Virus record (IMG/VR): IMGVR_UViG_3300037313_001714
Span: 32,001 to 96,000 of that record
Length of the DNA stretch: 64,000 nt
From: a virus
Strand: one strand, 5' to 3'
Shown: positions 28,301 through 36,502 of the stretch, in pieces
Layout of the letters: the number at the start of each line of letters is the position of its first letter
How positions within the stretch are numbered: position 1 is the stretch's first letter
Position numbers and translations under genes: made by a program
Notes under the pieces: generated by a model
What the model was told of the DNA's origin: nothing
Seen by the model: only the letters and a program-made list of their open reading frames with translations
Databases searched by the model: none

Positions 28301-28788
28301 GCGATCAGCCGCTGCAGGATCGCGTCGGCCTCCTGGTGGTGCCACAGGCTGTTGAAGTCGCCGGTGGACACAAGCACGTCCTCGAGCGCGAACACCTGCT
28401 CCCAGCCGGTGCGCGCGTGGTAGTAGAACTGCTCGCGCGAGTTGGCCGCCGACAGCAGCTTCATCAGGCTCGTGATGCCGCGCTCGCCCGCCACGTAGAC
28501 CTTGATGCACACGTGCGGGTTCGGCTTGTCCTCGATGCCGCTGTTCTTGGCCGGCTTCTTCCACAGCGGGTCGTCGTAGACGCGCAGGCGGCAGCCGACG
28601 ATCGGCTTGATGCCGGCTTTCTTGCACTTCGTGGTGAAGTCCACCAGCGAGTGGATCGACATCGTGTCCACCAGCGCGACCGACTCGTAGCCGTGCCGCT
28701 GGGCCTCCTCGATGATGTGGTCCGTCTGCAGCAGCGACTCGCCGATGCTGAAGTCGCTGCGCACGGACAGCGCGTGGTTGATGCTCAT
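25393..28788 (-). CDS. dnaE: DNA polymerase III alpha subunit (C family) with C-terminal family-4 UDG-like domain
   Basis: PHP domain; GPGRGS, FERFINPER.DLPDADLDF, HAGGVV, KMDVLGL, GVFQFES, ALYRPGP, GYGFNRSH; C-term CGDCDL...VVADCPS...VKAK...C...E...IKP.VIVALG. Confidence 0.95.
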   Translation of the reverse strand: MSINHALSVRSDFSIGESLLQTDHIIEEAQRHGYESVALVDTMSIHSLVDFTTKCKKAGIKPIVGCRLRVYDDPLWKKPAKNSGIEDKPNPHVCIKVYVAGERGITSLMKLLSAANSREQFYYHARTGWEQVFALEDVLVSTGDFNSLWHHQEADAILQRLIAKFSRERVYVELAPIDTPLFDTLNARALKAAHTHAARTLVTYPFLYRDDADAPTLEVLQTICSSGQYKMDTRHRPRQFVRDFGFKPAATLRLRLSGAVDRAEKWGNTGLSKHEIATLFARGLVNTQHLADACRWEFAKLPVSLPTMATNEFMELGRLCIAGWGRRFGRRVMGHQPSIADLPKYRERLNYELAVLKKMGFAGYFLLVADLVNWSKANGIIVGPGRGSVGGSLVAYLLGITEVDPIRFNLLFERFINPERLDLPDADLDFQTSRRHEVFQYLVGRHGADRVAGVSNFSTLASASALRDAGRVHELSNLELSPTKLVPKEQGVSATLEEAAKAIPEIDKFRLNHPHIWGHALKLEGVMRSFGQHAGGVVIGGVPLHERAVVETRSETDEGLPVVSWDKRTVEDWGLVKMDVLGLSTLDVLEIARQYIKGRHGVDVTYTDLPLEDPDVMDAFGRGDTTGVFQFESPGMRKLLRELRKGGPLTFEDITAATALYRPGPMDSGLMDDFVAIKQGMLTPSYEHPNMEAALESTYSVIVYQEQVMQLAIDLAGFSRAGADHLRKAMGKKDKVKMAEQRKAWVEGCEKHSGMDAAIAGALFDKIEAFAGYGFNRSHAVEYSIISYWTMWLRVRYPAEYFAACLSIVKEDKLAGLVKDAREAGIEILPPDINLSTERFTIPDDTHILAPFSAVKGLSDNTAHKLMAHRAAAGGRFTSAAHFEAVTSVKGSKITITHRERLKLVGALASIDPTEKPARHPDRRRDQTELMPGLIIDNVKADRTTDVTDKFVRAKVIHIVQEYRKCGDCDLAGRPHPQARMKSNVKFMVVADCPSWEEEKADKLLEGEAAGWVKEAIRDAGLQPGDGYYTTLVKAKKNDKFLSNDQINGCSQFLTRELEVIKPPVIVALGSAAIRRFIPGAKGAEMVGKTIYDAALAATIVCGLNPQQINFDPSKYDALKEVFKTVHEIVS

Positions 28789-29060
28789 ACTGGGATGTAG
28801 TCCTGGTCCACCCGTTCGGGAATGGTTCGCTCCCACAAGATGACGAGGTTATGCATGCGCGTGCGGCTGATGGTTCTGGATGGTGAAGTTGCCGTGCACC
28901 CCGGCGACGGCGACACGAACGAGCTGCCCGGATCGAACTCGCTCTCGTTGTGCTCCTGCAGGTAGCTCGCGCGCACCCGCCAGCCCGACTCCGTTGTGGG
29001 CGGCAGCAGCGTGCCGGAGAACGGCAGCGTCACTGTGTGGACGTGATATTCGAACCTCAT
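28785..29060 (-). CDS. Hypothetical protein
   Basis: MRFEYHVHTV...; coupled to dnaE start. Confidence 0.55.
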   Translation of the reverse strand: MRFEYHVHTVTLPFSGTLLPPTTESGWRVRASYLQEHNESEFDPGSSFVSPSPGCTATSPSRTISRTRMHNLVILWERTIPERVDQDYIPV

Positions 29061-29713
29061 GCCAGCACGAACCTGTCGCCGTCCAGGCGCACGATGCCGA
29101 AGGTCTGCAGGATGGCCATCGCCTGCGCCATCTGGCTGCGCGCGGTGCCCTCGGTCCAGCCGAGGTCGGCCATCAGGCGGGCCAGCATCTCGGCGCGGGT
29201 GAAACCGCCGGTCAGCAGCAGCTCGCAGGCGATGCGCATGTGCTTCCACTCGCCGATCTCGGCAAACGGGTTGTTGCCTTCGTGCAGCTTGTCGCGCAGC
29301 CCGGTGATCAGGTTCGCCTTGCACAGCGACACCGCCATCGCCTGCGCCTTGGTGTTGGCGATCTTCATGATGAGCGTGCTCTGGTCGCCGCTCAGGTCGA
29401 AGGAGACCTTCACCACGCGCGTGGTGCGCTCGATCGGCTTGGCCACCGGCTTGGGCTGGGATGCCGGCACCGCCGGCGTGGCCACCGACTCGGGCGGGCA
29501 GGCCGCAGCGCGCGCCTTCTCGTGACGCTTGAGCAGGTCGTTGACGTTGACCCGGTCGCGGATCGCCTGCAGCGTCGCCCAGCTCGCGTCCTTGCAGGCC
29601 GCGTAGGCCGGGCAGTCCTGGCAGACCTTGCCGTCCACCGCGAACACGCTGGCCGCGCCGAAGCAGCCTGGCGCCAGAATCTGGCGCCCATCACTGGCGT
29701 TGACGATGGTCAT
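29057..29713 (-). CDS. Hypothetical protein with Cys cluster (GCFG...CQDC...C) and C-terminal winged-helix-like region
   Basis: Translation; coupled ends. Confidence 0.65.
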   Translation of the reverse strand: MTIVNASDGRQILAPGCFGAASVFAVDGKVCQDCPAYAACKDASWATLQAIRDRVNVNDLLKRHEKARAAACPPESVATPAVPASQPKPVAKPIERTTRVVKVSFDLSGDQSTLIMKIANTKAQAMAVSLCKANLITGLRDKLHEGNNPFAEIGEWKHMRIACELLLTGGFTRAEMLARLMADLGWTEGTARSQMAQAMAILQTFGIVRLDGDRFVLA

Positions 29714-30468
29714 GCTGTCTCCACTTGCCGCACCAGCTCGCCCAGCTCGGCGTGCACCAGCGCCAGGTCGGTGTCGTCCACCGGTGCGCCCGCGAGCTGC
29801 AAGAAGCGGCCAATGCTGTCGATGCTCACATCGGGGTCGCGCATGATGGTGGCGGCCCGCGCGCCCTGCTCTTTCGCGTGCTGGTAGTGCGCCGACTGCT
29901 TGCCCAGCTCGCACACCAGCTCGGGCGGCGGCTCGCGCAGCCAGCTCACCACCAGCTGCGTGAGCGGCGACATGCGCTGCAGCTGCTTGTCCACCCATTC
30001 CAGGCGCTCCACCTTCTGCTCGGGCGACTCGCTGTCGGCCTCCAGCAACTCCTCGAAGGGCAGGCCCTCCTCGTGGGAGCGCAGCCGGCTGAACGGCACC
30101 GGGCGCAGGCCCCACTGGGGCGGATCGAGCAACTTCTCGCCGGCGATGGCGCGCCGCTTGTTCTCGTCGCGCACGAGCTGGATCTGCTCGCGCTGGCCGG
30201 TGTTCAGGTTCTTCACCCCCGACATCACGCCGATCACCTTCTGGAAGTGGTTGCGGGCATAGCGCGAGTAGATCGCCGAGAACTTGAAGCCGGACTCCGG
30301 GTCGTAGTTCTCCGCGGCTTTCAGGAAGGCGATCGACGCCTCCTGAAAGCAGTCGTCGTATTCGAAGCCGGCGTGGTTCAGGTTGGCCATCTTCAGGCAC
30401 TGCTGGGCCTGCAGGTGGATCAAGCCCTGGTGGTCCTCGAAGCGCGGCGGGTTGGTGTTCTTGGCCAT
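29710..30468 (-). CDS. Sigma-70 region-2-containing phage sigma-like factor
   Basis: DDCFQEASIAFLKAAENYDPESGFKFSAIY matches DLIQEG.IGL.KA.EKFDP..G.KFSTY. Confidence 0.7.
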   Translation of the reverse strand: MAKNTNPPRFEDHQGLIHLQAQQCLKMANLNHAGFEYDDCFQEASIAFLKAAENYDPESGFKFSAIYSRYARNHFQKVIGVMSGVKNLNTGQREQIQLVRDENKRRAIAGEKLLDPPQWGLRPVPFSRLRSHEEGLPFEELLEADSESPEQKVERLEWVDKQLQRMSPLTQLVVSWLREPPPELVCELGKQSAHYQHAKEQGARAATIMRDPDVSIDSIGRFLQLAGAPVDDTDLALVHAELGELVRQVETA

Positions 30469-30470
30469 GG

Positions 30471-30608
30471 TCACGCTCCGAAGAAGAACAGCCAGGACCA
30501 GTCGCGCAGGCCGTAGCCGCACGGGCAGCACTTGTAGGCCTCGCAGCTGGCGGACCAGGCGTAGGCCAGGTCCACATCCAGCACGCTCACGTCGTCGTGG
30601 ATGAACAT
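30471..30608 (-). CDS. Small Cys/aromatic-rich peptide (not in ORF track)
   Basis: MFIHDDVSVLDVDLAYAWSASCEAYKCCPCGYGLRDWSWLFFFGA; TGATG coupling. Confidence 0.45.
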   Translation of the reverse strand: MFIHDDVSVLDVDLAYAWSASCEAYKCCPCGYGLRDWSWLFFFGA

Positions 30609-31174
30609 CACGCCTCCGCGGTCTCGGGTTCGGGCTGCTTGTCCTTGGGCCAGCCCGCCTTCGTGAGGTCGGCCATCAGGTTGGCCAGGGCCGGCACGCT
30701 GCGCGAGGGCGGCGCGGTTTCATCGGGCAAGTACTTCGCGAGTTCCGGCAGCGCCTCTTTGGCTGTCTTCACCGTGCTGTAGCCGCGAATTGTGGCGTTG
30801 AGCTTTTGCTCCATCTCGCCGCGCGCGGTGTTCTGCTCTCCTTCCTTGTCGTACAGCGCCTGGATCTTCGCCTCGAGGTCCTTGTCCTTGATGTAGCCGT
30901 CGTCCAGGTCGCTCAGGTACACGTGGAAGTTGATGTTGGTCGTGTAGCTGCGACCCGATGAAACGGAATAGACGACGCTGACGTGCACCTGCTGGATCGG
31001 AAAATACTGCGGATGCGCCTTGCGCGCACGCTTGATGATGTCGGGCGCCTTGTTCAGGAAATAGTCCTGGACGATCTTTTGCATCTGCTCGCGGTAGTCG
31101 ACGCGCGGGATGTCCTGCATGACCGCCCGCACGAAGGCGTTGCGGATCGATTCGGTGATGCGCATGCTGCTCAT
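30608..31174 (-). CDS. Nmad5-like phage protein
   Basis: MRIT..IR..F...M...; ..YSTVK.A...LPEL.KYLP...ANL...L...GWP pattern. Confidence 0.55.
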   Translation of the reverse strand: MSSMRITESIRNAFVRAVMQDIPRVDYREQMQKIVQDYFLNKAPDIIKRARKAHPQYFPIQQVHVSVVYSVSSGRSYTTNINFHVYLSDLDDGYIKDKDLEAKIQALYDKEGEQNTARGEMEQKLNATIRGYSTVKTAKEALPELAKYLPDETAPPSRSVPALANLMADLTKAGWPKDKQPEPETAEA

Positions 31175-31188
31175 GTTCCGCTCTCCCT

Positions 31189-32406
31189 TCAGCCGAAGAT
31201 GCGCTGCGCCAGGCCATCGGCCACTTCGCGGTCGACCTTGGACAGCTTGTTGATGAAGGCCAGGTTCAGACCCTGGCGGAAGCTCGCGCGCATGACACCG
31301 ATGCGCGCCGCGTTGATCAGGGTGCGCGGCGAGATCGTGTCGCTGATCTTGGCGCCGTCGTACGACTGACGGATCAGCGAGGCGAACTCCACCATCTTGT
31401 CGGCGTCGGCCTTCGTGAGCTTGCAGTGGTTGATCAGGATCTGGCTCTCGGCCGCCTTGTCCATGTACTTCTTGTGGATCACCATCCCGAAGCGGTCGTA
31501 GTTGGCGCTGTTCTGGATCAGCGTGCCTTGGTACAGGCCGGTCTCGTCGCCGCTGCCGTTGGTGTTGCCCGTGGCGACGAAGCGGAACATCGGGTGCGGC
31601 TTGACGATCCGCATGTCTTCCGGCGCTTCTTTAATCACCAGTGACTTACCCTCCAAGACCGGCTGATAGACCGCCAGGACGCTCGGCATGCCGAAGTCGT
31701 ATTCGTCGGCGCAGTACACCCAGCCATTGAGCATGGCGAGCGGCAACGGCCCGAGCTGGAACTCGGTCTGGCCGCCCTTGACGATCCACTGCCCGAGGAT
31801 GTGGCTCTCTTCGGTGTTCACCGTGTGCTGCACCCGGATGAACGGCCGGTTGGTGCGCGCGGCCACCTGCTCGAGCATCTCGGACTTGCCCGAGCCCTTG
31901 TGGCCCCACAGCAGCGTCGGGATGTTCAGCTCCATCGCGAGGATCACGTTCTTCAGCTCGTCGATGTCGTAGACATAGTTGTCCGACACCGCCGGCACCA
32001 TGTCCTGCTGGTCGTGGGCGCTGATGGTGGAGATGTTGATCGGGTCGCCGCGGGCGGACAGCGCCGCCTTCACCTTGCCCAGTTCGAACACCTCGTGGAG
32101 GTGCTTTTTCACCACCGAGCCCTTCGGGATCAGCTCCACGACCTTGGCTGCGGTGGCGGTGCCGCTCATGGCCATCACCGGTTCGACAGCCGCGGGCTGC
32201 GCTTCGCCCTGCGTGGCCTGGGCCTGTGCGGCTTGCTGGCGCTTTTGCTCCAGCAGCTGCTTGGCCATCTCCGACAGAAGCGGCTGGCCGGGGTGCTTCG
32301 CCTGGTAGTCGGCGATCGTCATGCCCGGGTGCGCTTCCTTGAGGTGACGCTGGATGGCGTGCTCCAGCGCCCCGCATTCAGCGCAGCGAATCTTTCCGTT
32401 GCTCAC
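31189..32406 (-). CDS. MoxR/CobS-like AAA+ ATPase with N-terminal C2H2-like Zn finger
   Basis: CAECG...HL...H; GHKGSGKS Walker A; ADEYD Walker B; ATGNTNG; DRF; SPRTL. Confidence 0.88.
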   Translation of the reverse strand: MSNGKIRCAECGALEHAIQRHLKEAHPGMTIADYQAKHPGQPLLSEMAKQLLEQKRQQAAQAQATQGEAQPAAVEPVMAMSGTATAAKVVELIPKGSVVKKHLHEVFELGKVKAALSARGDPINISTISAHDQQDMVPAVSDNYVYDIDELKNVILAMELNIPTLLWGHKGSGKSEMLEQVAARTNRPFIRVQHTVNTEESHILGQWIVKGGQTEFQLGPLPLAMLNGWVYCADEYDFGMPSVLAVYQPVLEGKSLVIKEAPEDMRIVKPHPMFRFVATGNTNGSGDETGLYQGTLIQNSANYDRFGMVIHKKYMDKAAESQILINHCKLTKADADKMVEFASLIRQSYDGAKISDTISPRTLINAARIGVMRASFRQGLNLAFINKLSKVDREVADGLAQRIFG

Positions 32407-32522
32407 GTGCTGCTCTCCTGATGGTGCGGGCACCGCGCCCGCGTTCGATGGTTTGAATTATCGTCAGCGCGTGCAGGAAAATAAGTCAGCGGTGACTTGT
32501 TCTTACACATCGCCGACACGGC

Positions 32523-34496
32523 TTACTTGGCGCCCTGGACGATCAGGCCGCGCAGCGTCTTCATGACAGCGGCCGGCAGCTCCTCGACGTTGTTCAGGAC
32601 CATGTTCTTCGGATAGAACTCCTGCACGGCCTCCGACTGGATGCCGATGCCCACCACGCTCACGCCGGTGTGCATCAGGTCCTTGACCACCCGCTTCAAG
32701 TGGCCCTTGAGCGCTGCCGGGTCGCCGTGCGCGGCGGGGTAGCCGTCGCTCAGCACGATCATCACCTTGCCGCTCTCGCGGCGCGCCAGCAGCATGCGCC
32801 CGGCGATCATCACGCTCTCGCCGTCGACGTTGCTGTTCATGGCGCTGGAGTTGGGCATCCAGCCGAAGCGCTTTTTCACCTCCGTGCCCATGCGCTCGTT
32901 GAAGCCTTTGAGGATCGGCATGTAGAGCGACTCCATGCGGCTGTAGCGCACGCTGTGCGCCTTCTTGCCCTTGCGCGCGGCGCTGATCTTCTCGGCTTCT
33001 TCCTCGAGTTCGGTGTAGCTGGCGACCATCGGCCCGGTCGTGAAGCACACGCACATGCTGGGGATGCCGATGCGCTCCAGGGTGCTGGCAAGCGCGTACG
33101 CCGCCTGCACCGCAGTGTGGACCTTGCTGCCGTGCATCGAGCCGGAGATGTCCACCACCAGCATCGCTGCGACGTCCTTGCTGGACGACTCGTGCTTCTT
33201 GCGGAAGACCCGGTCGTCGTAGCCGGCGGGCGTGTGGATCGCCAGACGCGACAGGTTCGCCGGGTGCAGCCGGCCGCTGCGCAGCCCCGACGACCACGTC
33301 GCCAGCGAGCGGGCGCTGATGGCGCGCTCCAGGTCCTTCTGCATGGGCCCCACCATGTGGTCCACCTTGTCCTGCAGATTGGTGAGCATCTCCGGCTTGT
33401 AGCCCGAGCCGATGTGCAGCGGCTCGATGACGTCCTTGTCGGTGGAGTAGACGAGGTAGTCGGCGTCGGCCGCCGCTGCGGCGCTGACGTCGGTGATCTC
33501 GGCGGAGACGCTGGCGTCGAAGTCGTTGGCGGTTTCCTTGTCGATCGCCTTCCAGGTCGCCGGGTCCATCCCGACGGTCATCTCCTCTGCGCCCGCGCCG
33601 GTGTCCTCGTCTTCGTCACCGTCCTCGCCGTCATCGTCCTTGTCGGCGTCGTCGTCCTTGTCCTTGTCGTCCGCGTCGTCCTCGGGCGGCGGGGGCGGCG
33701 CGTCGTCATCGTCGGGTGCGGCCGCCTTGGTCTTCAGGTCGCCGTCCTCGTCGTCATCCTTCGGCGGCGCAGCGGGACGCCGGCCCTTGCCCTTGCCGCC
33801 GGCGCGGCCACCGCGGCCGCTGCCCTTGGCTGGCTTGCCGCTCTCCTCCTCGTCGTCGTCGTCGCTGCCGCGCAGGCGCTTCACGACCTCCCGCGCCAGC
33901 GCCAGGGCCTCCGCGGTGTCGGCGCAGTTCTCGATCTTGCCGGCCAGGTCCTTGAGCTTGTCGTACAGCGGCTGCACGATCCCGCTGTGGCCGTCGATGA
34001 AGTCCTTCATCTCGTCCTGGCCTGCCAGCGCACGCACCAGCGGCACCGTGAGCACGCCGATCGCCGTGTCGGTGTCGCCGCCGGCGATGGCGGCCTCCAG
34101 CTTGGGGGTGATGTACTTGTCGAGGAAGAAGCGCCGCGTCTGGCTCAGGTTGTGGGCGCTGCCCTCGAAGCGCTTCGCCATCTCGCGCTCGATGCGGCAG
34201 TCCTCGACGATGTTGAGCATGTTGGCCACGCTCGCATCGCCGATCGTGGGCATCACCTTGAAGTCGGTGAACAGGATGTGCGCGACCTCGTGGTCGAGGA
34301 AGCCCTGCAGCGCGTTGATCAGCTGCTCGGTGGCGTTGTCGGGCAGATACGGCAGGTTGACCTGGACCGGACGGCCATCTGGGTCACTGCGTACATACGC
34401 GGAAACTCCCTGCTGAGTTACTTGGACCCCCTTGCCGGCCAGCATTTGTGTCAATTTGACAATGGACTGGCGCAGCACGAACACGCGATCGTTCAT
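32523..34496 (-). CDS. CobT-like vWA-domain protein (partner of MoxR AAA+)
   Basis: FLDHEVAH, VEDCRIE N-domain; acidic linker; VDISGSM MIDAS, VDGES, VLSDG.P. Confidence 0.88.
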   Translation of the reverse strand: MNDRVFVLRQSIVKLTQMLAGKGVQVTQQGVSAYVRSDPDGRPVQVNLPYLPDNATEQLINALQGFLDHEVAHILFTDFKVMPTIGDASVANMLNIVEDCRIEREMAKRFEGSAHNLSQTRRFFLDKYITPKLEAAIAGGDTDTAIGVLTVPLVRALAGQDEMKDFIDGHSGIVQPLYDKLKDLAGKIENCADTAEALALAREVVKRLRGSDDDDEEESGKPAKGSGRGGRAGGKGKGRRPAAPPKDDDEDGDLKTKAAAPDDDDAPPPPPEDDADDKDKDDDADKDDDGEDGDEDEDTGAGAEEMTVGMDPATWKAIDKETANDFDASVSAEITDVSAAAAADADYLVYSTDKDVIEPLHIGSGYKPEMLTNLQDKVDHMVGPMQKDLERAISARSLATWSSGLRSGRLHPANLSRLAIHTPAGYDDRVFRKKHESSSKDVAAMLVVDISGSMHGSKVHTAVQAAYALASTLERIGIPSMCVCFTTGPMVASYTELEEEAEKISAARKGKKAHSVRYSRMESLYMPILKGFNERMGTEVKKRFGWMPNSSAMNSNVDGESVMIAGRMLLARRESGKVMIVLSDGYPAAHGDPAALKGHLKRVVKDLMHTGVSVVGIGIQSEAVQEFYPKNMVLNNVEELPAAVMKTLRGLIVQGAK

Positions 34497-34673
34497 GCGT
34501 TCTCTCCTGATCTCATGCGAGACTGATTTAAGTCATTCGTGACTTGATGCCCGAAGCATAGAAACGCCCGTCAGGCGGGCGCGCGGCAATATTGCAGTTG
34601 CCTGCAATGCGAAGCGGCCCATCGGGCCGCCGCATGCGAATAGGGTCGAGGCGAAAGTAGATCGCGGCGCGAC

Positions 34674-34880
34674 CTACGCTTCCACCAGGGTGCAGAAGTC
34701 CTCGATCGAGCTGGTCAGGTACAGGAATCCACGCTTCGGGTGCTGGATGTAGTGCGTGATCGACGATTTCCGGTCCTGCGAGTCGATGATCTCCGACTCT
34801 TCCAGGAGGTCCGCGAATTCCTCGTGGGAAATCTGCTTGGGGGTGCGAGCCTGGACAGCGCTCATGTGATCTATCTCCAT
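34674..34880 (-). CDS. Small hypothetical protein (start uncertain)
   Basis: Acidic 68-aa ORF divergent from the XRE gene. Confidence 0.5.
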   Translation of the reverse strand: MEIDHMSAVQARTPKQISHEEFADLLEESEIIDSQDRKSSITHYIQHPKRGFLYLTSSIEDFCTLVEA

Positions 34881-35086
34881 CAGTCTTCGTGCATGAAACC
34901 CTGACAAGCGCGTGAGGCGCGTCTGACAGGATGTGAGTATAGCGGAGAGTCAGTCACCGCTTATGTCGCATTTCGGGCGGTTTTGCTCATCGTGTCTTAT
35001 CTCTCCCGGCGATTTGATAGGCGTTACCTATCCAATTGTTCAGGTAGCAGTGACTTGGACTCCTGACAAACCCTCGAACCTGTCGC

Positions 35087-35115
35087 TATAATTTCAACTA
35101 AGTCACTGCTGATTA
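35087..35115 (+). promoter_or_regulatory. Promoter -10 (TATAAT) of the XRE gene with palindromic site over the predicted start site
   Basis: TATAAT 35087-35092; AAGTCACTGCTGATTA 35100-35115. Confidence 0.6.
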
Positions 35116-35177
35116 TTTCCACAGCTGCTGGCTTCAACAGCTCCGCAATCGGGGCACTGAAAGAGGAACGCAAACTG

Positions 35178-35627
35178 ATGAACGCCACCAAGACCAAGGC
35201 CGGCGCCACGAACAAGAACAAGGTGACGGTCGCCGAATATCTGTCGCAGCAGTTCGACCTGTGCGGCAAGACCCAGCTGGAGATCGCGCGGGAATGCGGC
35301 TTCGAGAAGCCCAACGTCCTCACGATGTTCAAGCAGGGCAAGTCCAAGCTGCCGATCGCTCGCGTCGGCCGCATGGCCCGCGCCATCGGCGTCGATCCGC
35401 TGTTCCTGTTCCAGCTGGTCATGTCCGAGTACGAACCCGAAACCTGGGCCGAGATCGAGAAGCTCGTCCTACAGCAGCCCTACGTCAGCCAGAACGAGAT
35501 GGAGATCGTCCAGCTGCTGCGCATGACCGGCGTGCCGAACCCGAAGGTGCGCACCCAGGAGGAGCGCGAGCGCATCATGTCCGCCTTCAGCCGGCTGCGG
35601 CCTGATAACGCGGTAAGTGGTGACTGA
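35178..35627 (+). CDS. XRE/Cro-CI-type HTH transcriptional regulator (candidate phage repressor)
   Basis: KTQLEIARECGFEKPNVLTMFKQGKSKLP...ARAIGVDP HTH; one of few plus-strand genes, near att/int. Confidence 0.8.
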   Translation: MNATKTKAGATNKNKVTVAEYLSQQFDLCGKTQLEIARECGFEKPNVLTMFKQGKSKLPIARVGRMARAIGVDPLFLFQLVMSEYEPETWAEIEKLVLQQPYVSQNEMEIVQLLRMTGVPNPKVRTQEERERIMSAFSRLRPDNAVSGD

Positions 35628-35654
35628 AACCATACGTGCCTTCCTGACCATTCG

Positions 35655-35676
35655 AGGCGCCTTCGGGCGCCTTTTT
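35655..35676 (+). terminator. Intrinsic terminator after the XRE gene
   Basis: AGGCGCC-TTCG-GGCGCCT-TTTT. Confidence 0.85.
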
Positions 35677-36184
35677 CATGTCCGTTCTCTGCGGGTCGGA
35701 TCATTATCCACAGGTTCAAGCGAACAGGGTCCCGGATGTTCTTACGTAAGTCCACGTAGTCACGGTCTCGTCCGGCGTCGTATGCATACTAACGGTGTCA
35801 TTGAACCTGACCGCCTCTTCTTCGCACAAAAGTAAGCGCTTAGTGAATGCATTTGAGGCCATGCATTTGCCCAACCACAGCCGTTTTACTGGTCATGCAT
35901 ACAGACCAGCACGAAAACCCAATAAGATCAATGGCTTACACGGTTGAGCTAGGGTTGGACGTGCGAGGGATTTCGTATGACATCGTTTCAGCGCGCACTG
36001 AAGGGCCTCAGCTGACTCGACAGGCTGATTGTGTCCGTGCACACACAAAGCCGTGTCGATGCGTGACAACAGAAAAGGTTTTCACTGACGCCGGTCCGGG
36101 GCCCTGTCCTACAGGGAATAGCCATTGTCGTGAGGCGGCGACGGCGGCGTGCTCCTGGTCGCCGCGGGGCCAGCAGTGAGCATG

Positions 36185-36474
36185 TGGCCCCCAAACTGGC
36201 CCCCAAGCCGGGCCTGATGCGGAAACGGGTTACGCCATCACTGACGTAACCCGTTGATTTCCTTTGGTTTTTCTTGGTCGGCGTGGCGGGATTCGAACTC
36301 GCGACCCCTTGCACCCCATGCAGCGGGCCATCCATTTTCATGGATAAACATCCAGTATCAACTGGTCCCCAAATTCCGTAGCCTTCAGAGGGAGACCCCT
36401 TGCAAACCGGACTCGGGCGCTACCATTCGATCTCTTTTCAGCTCGCCAAAAGTGGCCCCCAAATCGGCCCCCAA
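36185..36474 (+). repeat. Five direct (T/C)GG(C/T)CCCCAA repeats: integrase arm-type binding sites flanking the att core
   Basis: Copies at 36185, 36197, 36363, 36453, 36465; two left and three right of the core. Confidence 0.75.
36275..36322 (-). other. attP core: 3' half of tRNA-Pro(GGG) from the anticodon arm to CCA
   Basis: Minus strand TGCATGGGGTGCAAGGGGTCGCGAGTTCGAATCCCGCCACGCCGACCA; 5' half of tRNA absent; 180 bp upstream of integrase. Confidence 0.85.
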
Positions 36475-36502
36475 CGCGACCCCTTGCTGAAAAACCGTAG
36501 GC

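Noticed and set aside
31189-34496. Cobalamin biosynthesis (cobS/cobT) supplying the B12-dependent RNR
   Set aside because: No CobN or other cob genes in the window. Phage CobS/CobT-like pairs are generic MoxR AAA+/vWA chaperones, so the link is only suggestive.
36275-36322. Functional tRNA-Pro gene
   Set aside because: Only the 3' half is present; the D arm and 5' acceptor strand are missing. It is an att core.
35024-36490. ORFs 35024-35422, 35847-36179, 35988-36341, 36254-36490
   Set aside because: They overlap the XRE gene, attP core and arm sites, have atypical codon use and no motifs.
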